DNA of 64,000 nucleotides from Myxococcales bacterium (GTDB lineage: Bacteria > Myxococcota_A > UBA9042 > JABWCM01 > BTVJ01): contig BTVJ01000011.1 of NCBI GenBank assembly GCA_045863395.1, forward strand, positions 94,503-158,502, written 5' to 3'. A model generated the notes under the pieces. That model did no database searches. It was not told the DNA's origin and worked only from the letters and a program-made list of their open reading frames with translations. A program made the position numbers and the translations under genes. Positions 19,521 through 28,340 of this stretch are shown piece by piece (position 1 is the first letter of the stretch; the number at the start of each line of letters is the position of its first letter).

Positions 19521-20204
19521 TCAGCGGTTCGTCTTCGGCTTCTCCTCGAGGGCGAGCAGGTCTGCCTCGCGCCCGATGAGCACGAGCACGTCCGCGTGTG
19601 CGATGACGCGCGACGGCTGGGGCAGGAACTCGAAGCCGTGCGTCTTCGGCTGCTTGATGGCGATGACGAAGACCCCGTGGCGCGCGCGGAGCTGCAGGTC
19701 GATGAGGGAGCGCCCGAGGTAGTGCCCCGGCGGCGTCAGGTCCATGACGCGGTAGTCCTCGGCCAGCGGGATCAGGTCGGTGAGGTTTGGGTTGATCATC
19801 TGGAGAGCGAGCCGCTCCGCGGTCTCGCGCTCGGGAAACACCACCTGCGACGCCCCCACGGACGTCAGGATCGCCGCGTGGTCCTCGCTCTGCGCCTTGA
19901 CGCGGATCGTCCGCACCCCGATGCGCCGCAGGTGCAGGGTCGCGAGGATGCTCGCCTCGATGCCCTGGCCCACGCTGACCACGGCCTCGTCGAACTCGCT
20001 GGAGACCACCGCGGACAGCGCCTGATAGTCGCGCGCGTCCAGGCACAGCGCGCGCTGGACGTCGTCGCTGATCGCGTTGACCCGCGCCATGTCGCGGTCC
20101 ATGGCGAGCACCTCGCAGTGGCGCGCCAGGGCGCGGGCGAGGCCGGCCCCAAACTGTCCGAGCCCCAGGACGCAGGCGAGCTTCCTTCGTGGCTTCTGTT
20201 TCAT
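19521..20204 (-). CDS. ktrA: KtrA/TrkA family K+ uptake regulatory subunit
   Basis: VLGLGQFG, VVFPERETAERLA, RCK_C domain. Confidence 0.88.
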   Translation of the reverse strand: MKQKPRRKLACVLGLGQFGAGLARALARHCEVLAMDRDMARVNAISDDVQRALCLDARDYQALSAVVSSEFDEAVVSVGQGIEASILATLHLRRIGVRTIRVKAQSEDHAAILTSVGASQVVFPERETAERLALQMINPNLTDLIPLAEDYRVMDLTPPGHYLGRSLIDLQLRARHGVFVIAIKQPKTHGFEFLPQPSRVIAHADVLVLIGREADLLALEEKPKTNR

Positions 20205-21565
20205 CCGATCATCAATCTCCCGTCGGGGTACTGCACCCCCGGGTCCTTTCGCGTCGTGATCCAGAGGACAACCGTCAGCGGGCCGACGCGCCCGACGAAC
20301 ATGGTCGCGATGAGCCACGCCCGCCCGGTGTCGCTCAGGTGGGGCGTGAGGCCCATGGACAAGCCCACGGTGCCGAAGGCAGACACCTGCTCGAAGAGCA
20401 CTGAGACGAGGTCCGCGCCAGCCGTCCCGGCCTCCGTCTGGAGCAGGACGAACAGGCCGAGCACGTTCCAGAGCACCGCCAGGTCGAGCAACAGCATCGA
20501 GCGGCGGACAATCTCGCCCGGGATGTGACGCCCCAGCAGCCGCACCTGCTTCTCGCCGCGGACGGCCGCGAGGAAGCGGGCGCCCCAGACTACGAGGGTC
20601 GTGGTCTTGATGCCGCCGGCGCAGGAGCCCGGTGAGCCGCCCACGAACATGAGCCCGATGACCAGCACGAGGGTCGGCACCGGCAGGAGCCCGATGTCCA
20701 CCGTGTTGAAGCCCGCGGTGCGCGCCGTGACCGACTGGAAGGCGGCCGCGCCGACCGCGCCTGCGCCAGACTCGTCCGCCGTCAGCCCGAGCACGAGGAT
20801 GGCGGCCGTGCCGCCCGCGATCAGGGCAGCGCTCGTGAGCAGGGCGACCCGCGAGTGCAGGGACAGCGTGGCGAAGCGGCTGCGGCCCCGTGGGTCGGCG
20901 CCGCCTCGCAGCGCGCGCCAGACGTCGCGGAGGACCGGGTGACCGATGCCGCCGAGGATGATGAGTGCCGTGACCGCGCCGACGGCGAGGAGGTCGCTTC
21001 GCAGCCCGACGAGGCTGTCCGGGTACAGCGCGAACCCAGCATTGCAGAACGCCGACACGGAGTGGAACACCGCGGACCACGCGGCGTGCCCCACACCGAA
21101 GCGGGGGACGAGGCCCACGAAGAGCGTGGCGGCGCCGATGGACTCGATGACCAGCACGGTCCGCAGGATCCCCCGGAACGTCTCCCCCAGCTCCCCGGCG
21201 ACGTCGCGCTGGACGAGGGCATCCGCCAGGGCCGCGTTGGCCCGCAGCGACAGCCGCCTCCCCATGAGCTGGTAGGCGAGCGCCGCAAAGGTCATCACGC
21301 CGATCCCGCCCATCTGGATGAGCGCGAGGATCACCACCTGCCCGGCGGGCGTGAAGGCGCTCCCCGTGTCGACGACCACGAGGCCGGTCACGCAGACGGC
21401 GGACGTCGAGGTGAACAGCGCGTCGAGCGGGCCCACGGCGCCGCGGTGGGAGATCGGCAGCCAGAGCAGCAGGGCGCCGGCCCCGATCAGCGCGGCGAAG
21501 CTCCCGGCGAGCAGGCCCTCCGGGGACCGGGGCACGAGCCTGCGAAGCACTGTCGGGGGCTGCAT
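20201..21565 (-). CDS. ktrB: KtrB/TrkH family K+ uptake membrane subunit
   Basis: FTSTSAVCVTGL, SAFCNAGF, RTAGFN, GSCAGGIK, SAFGTVGLS, GRVGPLT. Confidence 0.9.
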   Translation of the reverse strand: MQPPTVLRRLVPRSPEGLLAGSFAALIGAGALLLWLPISHRGAVGPLDALFTSTSAVCVTGLVVVDTGSAFTPAGQVVILALIQMGGIGVMTFAALAYQLMGRRLSLRANAALADALVQRDVAGELGETFRGILRTVLVIESIGAATLFVGLVPRFGVGHAAWSAVFHSVSAFCNAGFALYPDSLVGLRSDLLAVGAVTALIILGGIGHPVLRDVWRALRGGADPRGRSRFATLSLHSRVALLTSAALIAGGTAAILVLGLTADESGAGAVGAAAFQSVTARTAGFNTVDIGLLPVPTLVLVIGLMFVGGSPGSCAGGIKTTTLVVWGARFLAAVRGEKQVRLLGRHIPGEIVRRSMLLLDLAVLWNVLGLFVLLQTEAGTAGADLVSVLFEQVSAFGTVGLSMGLTPHLSDTGRAWLIATMFVGRVGPLTVVLWITTRKDPGVQYPDGRLMIG

Positions 21566-21628
21566 CCTCACCGGCCTCCGCGCGCGGCCGCCGAGACCGA
21601 GGCGGGCCCCACGCGCGGTCCGCAGACA

Positions 21629-21644
21629 AGCACGCCTCGTGCCA
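21629..21644 (-). promoter_or_regulatory. Sigma54 promoter of ktrBA
   Basis: Minus strand TGGCAC-GAGGC-GTGCT with correct GG-N10-GC spacing. Confidence 0.75.
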
Positions 21645-21743
21645 CGCGGCACGGGCCGCCGGCTCTGGGCAGAACCACGCCGCGCGCCGGGCGGTTCGCT
21701 GGCGCGCGACCCAGAGAGCCGTGCGGTGGTGCGCCTTCGGTCG

Positions 21744-21773
21744 TGCACTTCGCAACGCGCCTTTCACAATGCA
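21744..21773. promoter_or_regulatory. Upstream activator site pair
   Basis: TGCA-CTT-CGCA and TTCA-CAA-TGCA 19 bp apart, same layout as 19391-19420. Confidence 0.6.
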
Positions 21774-21843
21774 CGGCGCCCTGGCGCATCCGCTCCCGGC
21801 GCTCGCCCTGCACCGCCCAAGTCCTCGGGATATCGTGGCCACC

Positions 21844-23403
21844 ATGAGGTTCTTCAATACGGCGGGGCCCTGCACCGAGGGCTTGCACTACATGCTCCCG
21901 CCGCTTGATCGCATCCCCGAGGCCCGCGGGCTCGTGGACCGGGGGGCGTACCTCGTCATCCACGCGCCGCGCCAGTCGGGGAAGACCACGGCCCTCCGGG
22001 CGCTCGCGAAGGCGCTCACGGAGGAGGGGCGCTACGCGGCGCTCGCCTTCTCGTGTGAGCTGGCCGCCGTCGCCGGAGACGACTACGCGACGGCGCAGGC
22101 AGGCATCCTCGACGCGATCCGCATCACGGCCCGCGGCGACCTGCCACCGGACCTTCAGCCCCCCGCTTGGCCCGCGGCGAGCCCGCTGGCGCAGTTGCTG
22201 GCCGGGCTGTCCGAGTGGGCGCGCACCTGCCCGAGGCCGCTGGTGTTGCTCGTCGACGAGATCGACGCGCTCCGCGGCGACAGCCTCCGCTCGGTGTTGA
22301 ACCAGCTCCGAGCGGGCTTCAGCTCGCGGGGACGCGGTTTTCCCTGGTCCGTGGTGCTCTGCGGTCTGCGCGACGTCCGCGATTACCGCGCCGCGGCCGG
22401 CGCAGACCCGGACCGCATCGGGTCCTCGAGCCCCTTCAACGTGAAGACCGAGTCCTTGCGCCTCGGGCGCTTCAACCGAGACGAGGTCGCGGCGCTCTAT
22501 GCCCAGCACACGGCCGAGACGGGCCAGCCCTTCGCCGCCGGCGCCGTCGACCGTGCCATGGACCTCACCGGCGGTCAGCCCTGGCTCGTCAGCGCCCTGG
22601 CTCGCGAAATTGTCGAGAAGATCGGAGTCCCGGTGACCGAGCCCGTGACCGTCGCCCACTGCGAGCAGGCCAAGGAGCAGCTCATCCTCGCTCGGCAGAC
22701 CCACCTCGACTCCCTGGTCGCCCGGCTCCAGGAGCCGCGGGTGCGGCGCATCGTGGGGCCGCTCCTCTCGGGAGACGTCATCGGCGGCGACGAGTACGAC
22801 GACGACGCGGCCTTCGTGCGCGACCTCGGGCTGGTGGTGGACAAGCCCCTGCGCATCGCCAACCCGATCTACCGCGAGGTCATCGTCCGCGTGCTCGCCG
22901 GCGCGGCCGACGCCAACATCCAGCTCCCCGACCGGCCCTGGGTGGACGCAACCGGCCGCCTCGACGTGCGGGTGCTGCTCGACGCCTTCGCGGACTTCTG
23001 GCGGGAGCAGGGCGCCGCTGTCGCACCCAAGATGCCCTACCACGAGGTCGCCGCTCAGCTCGTGCTGTCCGCGTGGCTCCAGCGCGTCGTCAACGGGGGC
23101 GGCTTCGTGGACCGGGAGTACGGGGTCGGCATGAAGCGCATCGACGTGCTCGTGCGGTGGCCCCAGCCGAGCGGCTGGCAGCGCGAGGCCCTGGAGCTCA
23201 GAATGCGCCGCGCGGGCGAGGCGGACCCCACACCGGAGGGGCTCCGTCAGATCGAGGGCTACCTGTCATCGCTCGGCCTGGACCACGGCTGGCTCGTCGT
23301 CTTCGACCGCCGCCCGGACGCCCCGCCAGTCGCCGAGCGCACCCGCTTCGACGAGGCGCTGACCCCCACCCGCGGCCTGGCCGTCACCATCCTGCATGCG
23401 TGA
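21844..23403 (+). CDS. AAA-like ATPase with C-terminal PD-(D/E)XK-like domain
   Basis: MRFFNTAGP, Walker A APRQSGKT, Walker B LLVDEID, TGGQPWL, C-terminal RIDVL...ELR. Confidence 0.85.
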   Translation: MRFFNTAGPCTEGLHYMLPPLDRIPEARGLVDRGAYLVIHAPRQSGKTTALRALAKALTEEGRYAALAFSCELAAVAGDDYATAQAGILDAIRITARGDLPPDLQPPAWPAASPLAQLLAGLSEWARTCPRPLVLLVDEIDALRGDSLRSVLNQLRAGFSSRGRGFPWSVVLCGLRDVRDYRAAAGADPDRIGSSSPFNVKTESLRLGRFNRDEVAALYAQHTAETGQPFAAGAVDRAMDLTGGQPWLVSALAREIVEKIGVPVTEPVTVAHCEQAKEQLILARQTHLDSLVARLQEPRVRRIVGPLLSGDVIGGDEYDDDAAFVRDLGLVVDKPLRIANPIYREVIVRVLAGAADANIQLPDRPWVDATGRLDVRVLLDAFADFWREQGAAVAPKMPYHEVAAQLVLSAWLQRVVNGGGFVDREYGVGMKRIDVLVRWPQPSGWQREALELRMRRAGEADPTPEGLRQIEGYLSSLGLDHGWLVVFDRRPDAPPVAERTRFDEALTPTRGLAVTILHA

Positions 23404-23543
23404 GCCCGTCGCATGGGCGCGGCGTGTCCCTGTGGTGAAGCCACGACAGGGTGCCCCCCACATCTCCGCGGGCGCACCGGACCTGGGTGCGGTGACTGTC
23501 GGAGTGGCGCTGGCGCCCGGCGGCAACCCGGTGCCGGCACCTC

Positions 23544-25145
23544 TCATGTCTCCTCCTTCGTCTGCAGCACCATGATCCCCTCCTCCATCTGCAGGAGCTC
23601 CGTGTCGCTGTCTTTGACGCGGTACACCGTGAACACGGGCTTGTTGTCTACATAGGCGTGGCTCAGCGCCGTCTGGTCCTGGCCGTTCTTGCCGAAGAGC
23701 ACCTGGTTGCCCTGACTCTCCAGCGGCATCTGCACCGAGGCGCCCCAGTCGAGGAACTGCACGATCTCGGCCTCGTGGAGGTGGAGCGCCAAGAGGACGC
23801 GAGAGTCTCTGTAGGCAGGCGCGTAGACGTGGCCTGGCAGGAAGATGGGCTGGAAGGGGGCCTTCACCACGCAGTCCCAGAGCGGGACGCGCACCTTGTA
23901 GCTCTGGACCGAGGTGTCAGCGTCCTCCTCGAAGGACCAGGTGCGGTCGCCTTCGTCTCCGACCTCACAGACGACCTTGCCCTCCACGTGGAGCGGCCAC
24001 CGTGGCGACACATAGGGCGGTAGCCGTGGCACCGGGTCGGACTTGCCCTCCCAGACCGCGGTCAGCTCGGCCTTGTAGCGCCGCCCGTCCGTCATCCAGT
24101 CGCGCTCCAGCAGGTCGTCGGCGGCCTCGGCCTCGAGGGACACGTGGGCCACCCGCCACGCCTCCCCTTGTGGCAGGAGGGCCGACGCGTAGAGCTCCCC
24201 TTGGAGCTGGGCCGCGGTCCCAGGCCACCAGGGCACGGTGGGGAAGGTGCTGAACCGCACCTCCAGCTCCGCGGGCCGCACGCCGAGCCGGCTCTCCTCC
24301 AGGGTCTGGCGCGCGTCAGCGTCAGCGGGCACCGGAGAGCGCATCACGTGATCGTGGCTGATGCCCGCCACTGCCTGCTCCTGCGCCAGCTCCACGGTCG
24401 CTGGCGACTCGGCGTAGGAGTTGAGCACCCGCGCCGCGTGGCGCCGCACGGCCGGGAGCCGCACCGACAGCGCCGCTACCTCCGTGGAGCGGAGCTTCGA
24501 CGGCGACCCTCCGTCCGGCTTCGCGCCGGTGAGCGCCAGCTTCCCCGCGGCGTAGTCCCAGGTCAGCACGCCGGCGTGGGTGTCTGCGTACCAGGCGAGC
24601 AGGTCGTAGAAGCTCGCCCGCTGCCCGCCGAGCGGCAGGAACACGTGGGGACGCTGCTCCGTGGCGGCGTCCAGGGTCGCCTCGAAGGCAATGTCGCCCG
24701 CCACCTGTGCCTCCAACACGTCGGCCACGCTCTGCTCTGCCGCGAGCACCAGGGGGCGGTGCTGGGTCCACAGGACCCGTGGGGCGTCGGCGAAGTGCAC
24801 GGTGTACTCCCGGAGCCACACCTTGGGGCCCGACGGGGTCGAGTGGCTGGTCTCCCCCACCGCCTTGTCCGTCACGAGGGCGCGAACGGTGAGCGCCTCC
24901 GGGGTGGTCGAGGTCGTCGGCAACCCCCCCGTGACGGTCAGGTCGATGGTCGCCAGATCCTGCGTCGTGAAGGGGCCGATCAGGGCGTCATCTTCCTGGT
25001 CCGCGAGGATGCCGAAGGTGAGCGTCCCCTCGAAGCCCCACGGGTCGAGGCGCAGGGTGCAGGCGCGGACGGTGCCTCCGGGCACCTCGTGGGTGGTGCT
25101 GCCGATGGTCAGCGTGGCGGAGATGCACAGCCTGTCCGTGAACAT
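23544..25145 (-). CDS. Orphan VgrG-like hub (gp27/gp5-OB) protein, no needle
   Basis: 533 aa paralog of 6623-8548; ends at MEEGIMVLQTKEET, exactly where the paralog begins its extension. Confidence 0.75.
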   Translation of the reverse strand: MFTDRLCISATLTIGSTTHEVPGGTVRACTLRLDPWGFEGTLTFGILADQEDDALIGPFTTQDLATIDLTVTGGLPTTSTTPEALTVRALVTDKAVGETSHSTPSGPKVWLREYTVHFADAPRVLWTQHRPLVLAAEQSVADVLEAQVAGDIAFEATLDAATEQRPHVFLPLGGQRASFYDLLAWYADTHAGVLTWDYAAGKLALTGAKPDGGSPSKLRSTEVAALSVRLPAVRRHAARVLNSYAESPATVELAQEQAVAGISHDHVMRSPVPADADARQTLEESRLGVRPAELEVRFSTFPTVPWWPGTAAQLQGELYASALLPQGEAWRVAHVSLEAEAADDLLERDWMTDGRRYKAELTAVWEGKSDPVPRLPPYVSPRWPLHVEGKVVCEVGDEGDRTWSFEEDADTSVQSYKVRVPLWDCVVKAPFQPIFLPGHVYAPAYRDSRVLLALHLHEAEIVQFLDWGASVQMPLESQGNQVLFGKNGQDQTALSHAYVDNKPVFTVYRVKDSDTELLQMEEGIMVLQTKEET

Positions 25146-25280
25146 GGGAGCACCCGTCGGTTGCGGTTCCAGGGGACGCATCCTACCCGGACCGCGGCGG
25201 GCCGTCGACCCTGCGGGCGGTCGCGGAGCGCGTGACGCTCTTGCGTGGGGGCGCTATGCTCCGCGAGCATGGAGGCGCCT

Positions 25281-25703
25281 GTGAGCGAAGAGGTCCGAGC
25301 CGTCCGCATCGAGGTGCGCAACGACCTGCGCGACGTGCGCCGTGCGCGGGAGGCCATCTGCGCACGCTGCGCGGCGTGGGGAGCCTCGGGCGCGGTGTGC
25401 CACGCGGTGGGCCTGGCCAGCGACGAGCTGCTCGCGAACGTCGTGACCCACGCGTGGCCAGGCGGCGACCACGTTGCGCTGGTCGACCTCCAGACGGACG
25501 GTGAGATGCTGACCCTCGTGATCAGCGACGATGGCCGCCCCTTCGACCCGACGGGGGTACCGCGTCCAGACCTCGCGGCTCCCCTGGAGGCGCGCCCGGT
25601 GGGGGGCCTCGGTGTGCACCTGGTCCGCGAGCTGATGGACCGATTCACCTACGAGCGGCGCGACGGGCGCAACGTCGTGACGCTCGCCAAAGCGCTGGAG
25701 TAG
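25281..25703 (+). CDS. Anti-sigma factor / RsbW-type Ser kinase
   Basis: LASDELLANVVTHA, ISDDGRPFDP, GGLGVHLV; GGAGG RBS before GTG (alternative ATG at 25269). Confidence 0.9.
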   Translation: MSEEVRAVRIEVRNDLRDVRRAREAICARCAAWGASGAVCHAVGLASDELLANVVTHAWPGGDHVALVDLQTDGEMLTLVISDDGRPFDPTGVPRPDLAAPLEARPVGGLGVHLVRELMDRFTYERRDGRNVVTLAKALE

Positions 25704-25706
25704 CCC

Positions 25707-26048
25707 ATGGAGATCCGCGACCGCAAGCTCGACGACCAGACGGCCCTCGTCGTCCTCCGAGGCACCCTCGACGCGAGCACCGTCGCCTCCGTGCAGGACC
25801 GCTTCGACCAGATCCTCGCCGGCGGGGTCTGCACCCTCGTCGCCGACATCGCGGGCATCGACTACGTCAGCAGCGCCGGCCTGCGGGTGCTGCTCATGGC
25901 GGGAAAGCGCCTGGCGGGCATGCGCGGAAAGCTGGTCGTCCACTCGCCCAACGCGCGCGTGCAGGAGGTCTTCGACCTGTCGGGCTTCTCCAGCCTGTTT
26001 CCCCTCTGCGCCTCGCGCGAGGAGGCGGTCGCCCTGGTCCAGCGGTGA
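25707..26048 (+). CDS. STAS anti-sigma factor antagonist (RsbV-type)
   Basis: GTLDAST, DYVSSAGLRVLL, VFDLSGF. Confidence 0.92.
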   Translation: MEIRDRKLDDQTALVVLRGTLDASTVASVQDRFDQILAGGVCTLVADIAGIDYVSSAGLRVLLMAGKRLAGMRGKLVVHSPNARVQEVFDLSGFSSLFPLCASREEAVALVQR

Positions 26049-26148
26049 GCCGCGGGGGTCCGGGTCCTCTTCGCGTTGCTCTCCGGGTGCGCCCAGGGAG
26101 GGGCGCGACGCGCTGCGGCTCACTCACGGAGCCCGCGGGTCGCAGGCC

Positions 26149-27480
26149 TCATGGCCCCGCGTGAAGGAGCGCCTCCTCGATGGAGTCGGCCCACGGGACG
26201 GCCTCGCCCCGCGCCGCGCGGGCCTCGCGGATGGCGCGGAGGTTGTTTGCCGTCGTCTTCGGCTCCCAGGACTCCCGGATGAGAGGCAGCGCAGCGCTGA
26301 GGCTCCGCCCGGCCGCCGCCTCGTCGCGCCCGAGCACCGCCAGCTCGAGGAGGGTCGCGTGGTCCCAGTAATCACTCGTTCCGCCAGCCATCTTCCGGGT
26401 GACCGCGTAACGGACGACGGGGAGCAGCTCGTGTCTGCGCTCGTCCGGCGGGGTGCGGACCTCCATGAGGGTCACGCAGTTGACGCCTGGGTAGGAGTCC
26501 CGGAAGTCTGCCTCGAAGCCGTGGAGATAGGCGGAGATCGCGCGGTCCAACTGACCTGCGGCGAGGGACGCATGCCCGTCCCGGAGAGCCCTCGTCCACC
26601 GGTCCTTGTAGACGCGACCGAGGATCCCGAACGTTTCGCTTCCGCCGCCCCGCTCTGCGATCAGCTCCAGCAGCACCGCCTCGGCCTCTTCGCCGCGACC
26701 GGCGCGGTTGAGGGCGAGGCCGAGCTGCTCCCGTACCAACACCGTCCGCTTGACCGGCTCGGGGATGCTCTCCGCGAGGCGCACCATGTCGCCCCAGGAC
26801 TCCACGGCGCGGTAGGAGAGGAGCAGGTCGATGAGCACCCCAGCCTCGGCGCGCGCCAGGTCTCCGACGTGGTGCTCCTCGGCGCGCACCGCGTTCACGC
26901 CTGCCCTGCGGGCGCGGCCCAGGCGTCGCTTGACGTCATTCGAGTACTCCACGAGGTCGCGGAAGACGTCGGTGCGGGTGTGGTCGATGACCGGCGGCTG
27001 GATGCAGTCGAGGAGCTGGTAGACCGGGCTGTCCGCGGCGGACCGGCCGACCACCGCCTCGAGCGCCGCTTGCAGGGCCCCGATGGTGGCGGCCACCTTC
27101 GACGGGCGGCCGTCGGCGCCGAGGGTGTACGCAAGCGAGCGGTCCGGCGCCACGTCGAAGGGCAGTCGCTCGCCTTCGCAGCGCACGAGCACGGTGCTGC
27201 AGGGCCGCACGGCGTGCCGCACCCCCAGCTCATAGTAGACATTCGCGTTGGCCGTCGTCAGGTCGGCCACGGCGTACTGGCACAGGACGAGCCGCTCGAA
27301 CATCGCCTTGTGGATGATGCCCCCGCCGGCCTCCTGGTCGGCGCGCAGCGGCTCCAGGCCCGCCGCCTCGATGGCCGGCGCGATGATCTGACGGAACACG
27401 CGGTCGAAGTCGATGATGCGGCCCGTGGAGTCGGGCTTGTGGCCAAAGGGCATGAGCACGAAGCAGAGGGGACGCGGCAT
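26149..27480 (-). CDS. DUF4071 (TPR-S / MAP3K TRAF-binding-like) protein with N-terminal nucleoside-deoxyribosyltransferase/TIR-like domain
   Basis: CFVLMPFG...RADQE...DLTTANANVYYELGVRHA, then ETFGILGRVYKDRW, YPGVN, DYWDHAT. Confidence 0.85.
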   Translation of the reverse strand: MPRPLCFVLMPFGHKPDSTGRIIDFDRVFRQIIAPAIEAAGLEPLRADQEAGGGIIHKAMFERLVLCQYAVADLTTANANVYYELGVRHAVRPCSTVLVRCEGERLPFDVAPDRSLAYTLGADGRPSKVAATIGALQAALEAVVGRSAADSPVYQLLDCIQPPVIDHTRTDVFRDLVEYSNDVKRRLGRARRAGVNAVRAEEHHVGDLARAEAGVLIDLLLSYRAVESWGDMVRLAESIPEPVKRTVLVREQLGLALNRAGRGEEAEAVLLELIAERGGGSETFGILGRVYKDRWTRALRDGHASLAAGQLDRAISAYLHGFEADFRDSYPGVNCVTLMEVRTPPDERRHELLPVVRYAVTRKMAGGTSDYWDHATLLELAVLGRDEAAAGRSLSAALPLIRESWEPKTTANNLRAIREARAARGEAVPWADSIEEALLHAGP

Positions 27481-27602
27481 GATGAACTCCCGGTTCAGTG
27501 GCTCAGGGGGCGGGCGAGCTTATCCCGAACCGTGGGTTGGCGTCGATGGGCCATGGCCTCGGAACCCCGAACGCACATCGACGTACACTGTACCCGGCTC
27601 GT

Positions 27603-28283
27603 CTATTGCCAGTAGCGTTGATCCTCGGAGCGGTTTCTTCCGAACCGCTTTCGGCTGAGGATCGGAGTCGGGTATTGATAACGACGCTGGAATGCCTCAT
27701 GGATCCATCCACGAAGCTCGGAAGCGTTCGCAGGCCATGGTCGCATGGCGGCGAAGCCTGCGTCCACATTGTCCCACAGTCGCGGGGGGATGTTGTTCGG
27801 CGAGTAGACGGACCGCGTAGGAGCAGTCCAGCGATCCGGGAGCCGGGTACTGTCGGAGCCGAAGACGTACGTCGAGTACTGTCCCGAGATCGGCGCATAC
27901 GACGGGAGCAGGATGCCCAGCAGCCCGGTCCGGGAGTTGAGCCTCGTGTCCCGAAGGCTCGAGTCGATCTCCCAATCCACGTGCTTGCGCTGCCAGGTTG
28001 CTGCTCCGATCAGCACGATCGTGACGGTCGCGTCCCTGATGTACTCGTCCCGAATCAGTTGGCGGACCCGTTCAGTCGAGAGGTGGTCTGCAATGTCGCC
28101 AGGTCGGACCGAGTAATCCACGAAGGCTGCCTGGAACTGTCGCACGAACGAGTCCCGGTAGTGGAAGTCTCCACCGTGGTGAAAGCTCAGGAACACCTTG
28201 TGACGTGGTGGTTCGCTGGATGGGAACGTTCCAAAGTCCATGGGGGGTACTCCATCAGTCAGGTTGTCGTCAGGACCAGCCAC
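27603..28283 (-). CDS. ThsB-like TIR domain protein (MTH538/DUF1863)
   Basis: RHKVFLSFHH, IRDEYIRDATVTIVLIG, KHVDWEI with the catalytic Glu, GLLGILLP, PPRL. Alternative start at 28241. Confidence 0.85.
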   Translation of the reverse strand: MAGPDDNLTDGVPPMDFGTFPSSEPPRHKVFLSFHHGGDFHYRDSFVRQFQAAFVDYSVRPGDIADHLSTERVRQLIRDEYIRDATVTIVLIGAATWQRKHVDWEIDSSLRDTRLNSRTGLLGILLPSYAPISGQYSTYVFGSDSTRLPDRWTAPTRSVYSPNNIPPRLWDNVDAGFAAMRPWPANASELRGWIHEAFQRRYQYPTPILSRKRFGRNRSEDQRYWQ

Positions 28284-28340
28284 AGATTCTTCCTGGCCAG
28301 AATCCGCAGACCGCGAAAACCCGCGGTTGCACCGGGTGGC

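Noticed and set aside
21844..23403. AAA + PD-(D/E)XK gene as a novel defence system
   Set aside because: Common stand-alone family; the only oddity is ELR in place of ELK, not enough to support a claim.
23404..23543. Hairpin-rich gap and short ORF (23266-23547) after the orphan hub as an effector/immunity gene or REP element
   Set aside because: The ORF overlaps the convergent ATPase and looks non-coding; I did not see the hairpins repeated elsewhere; likely terminators.
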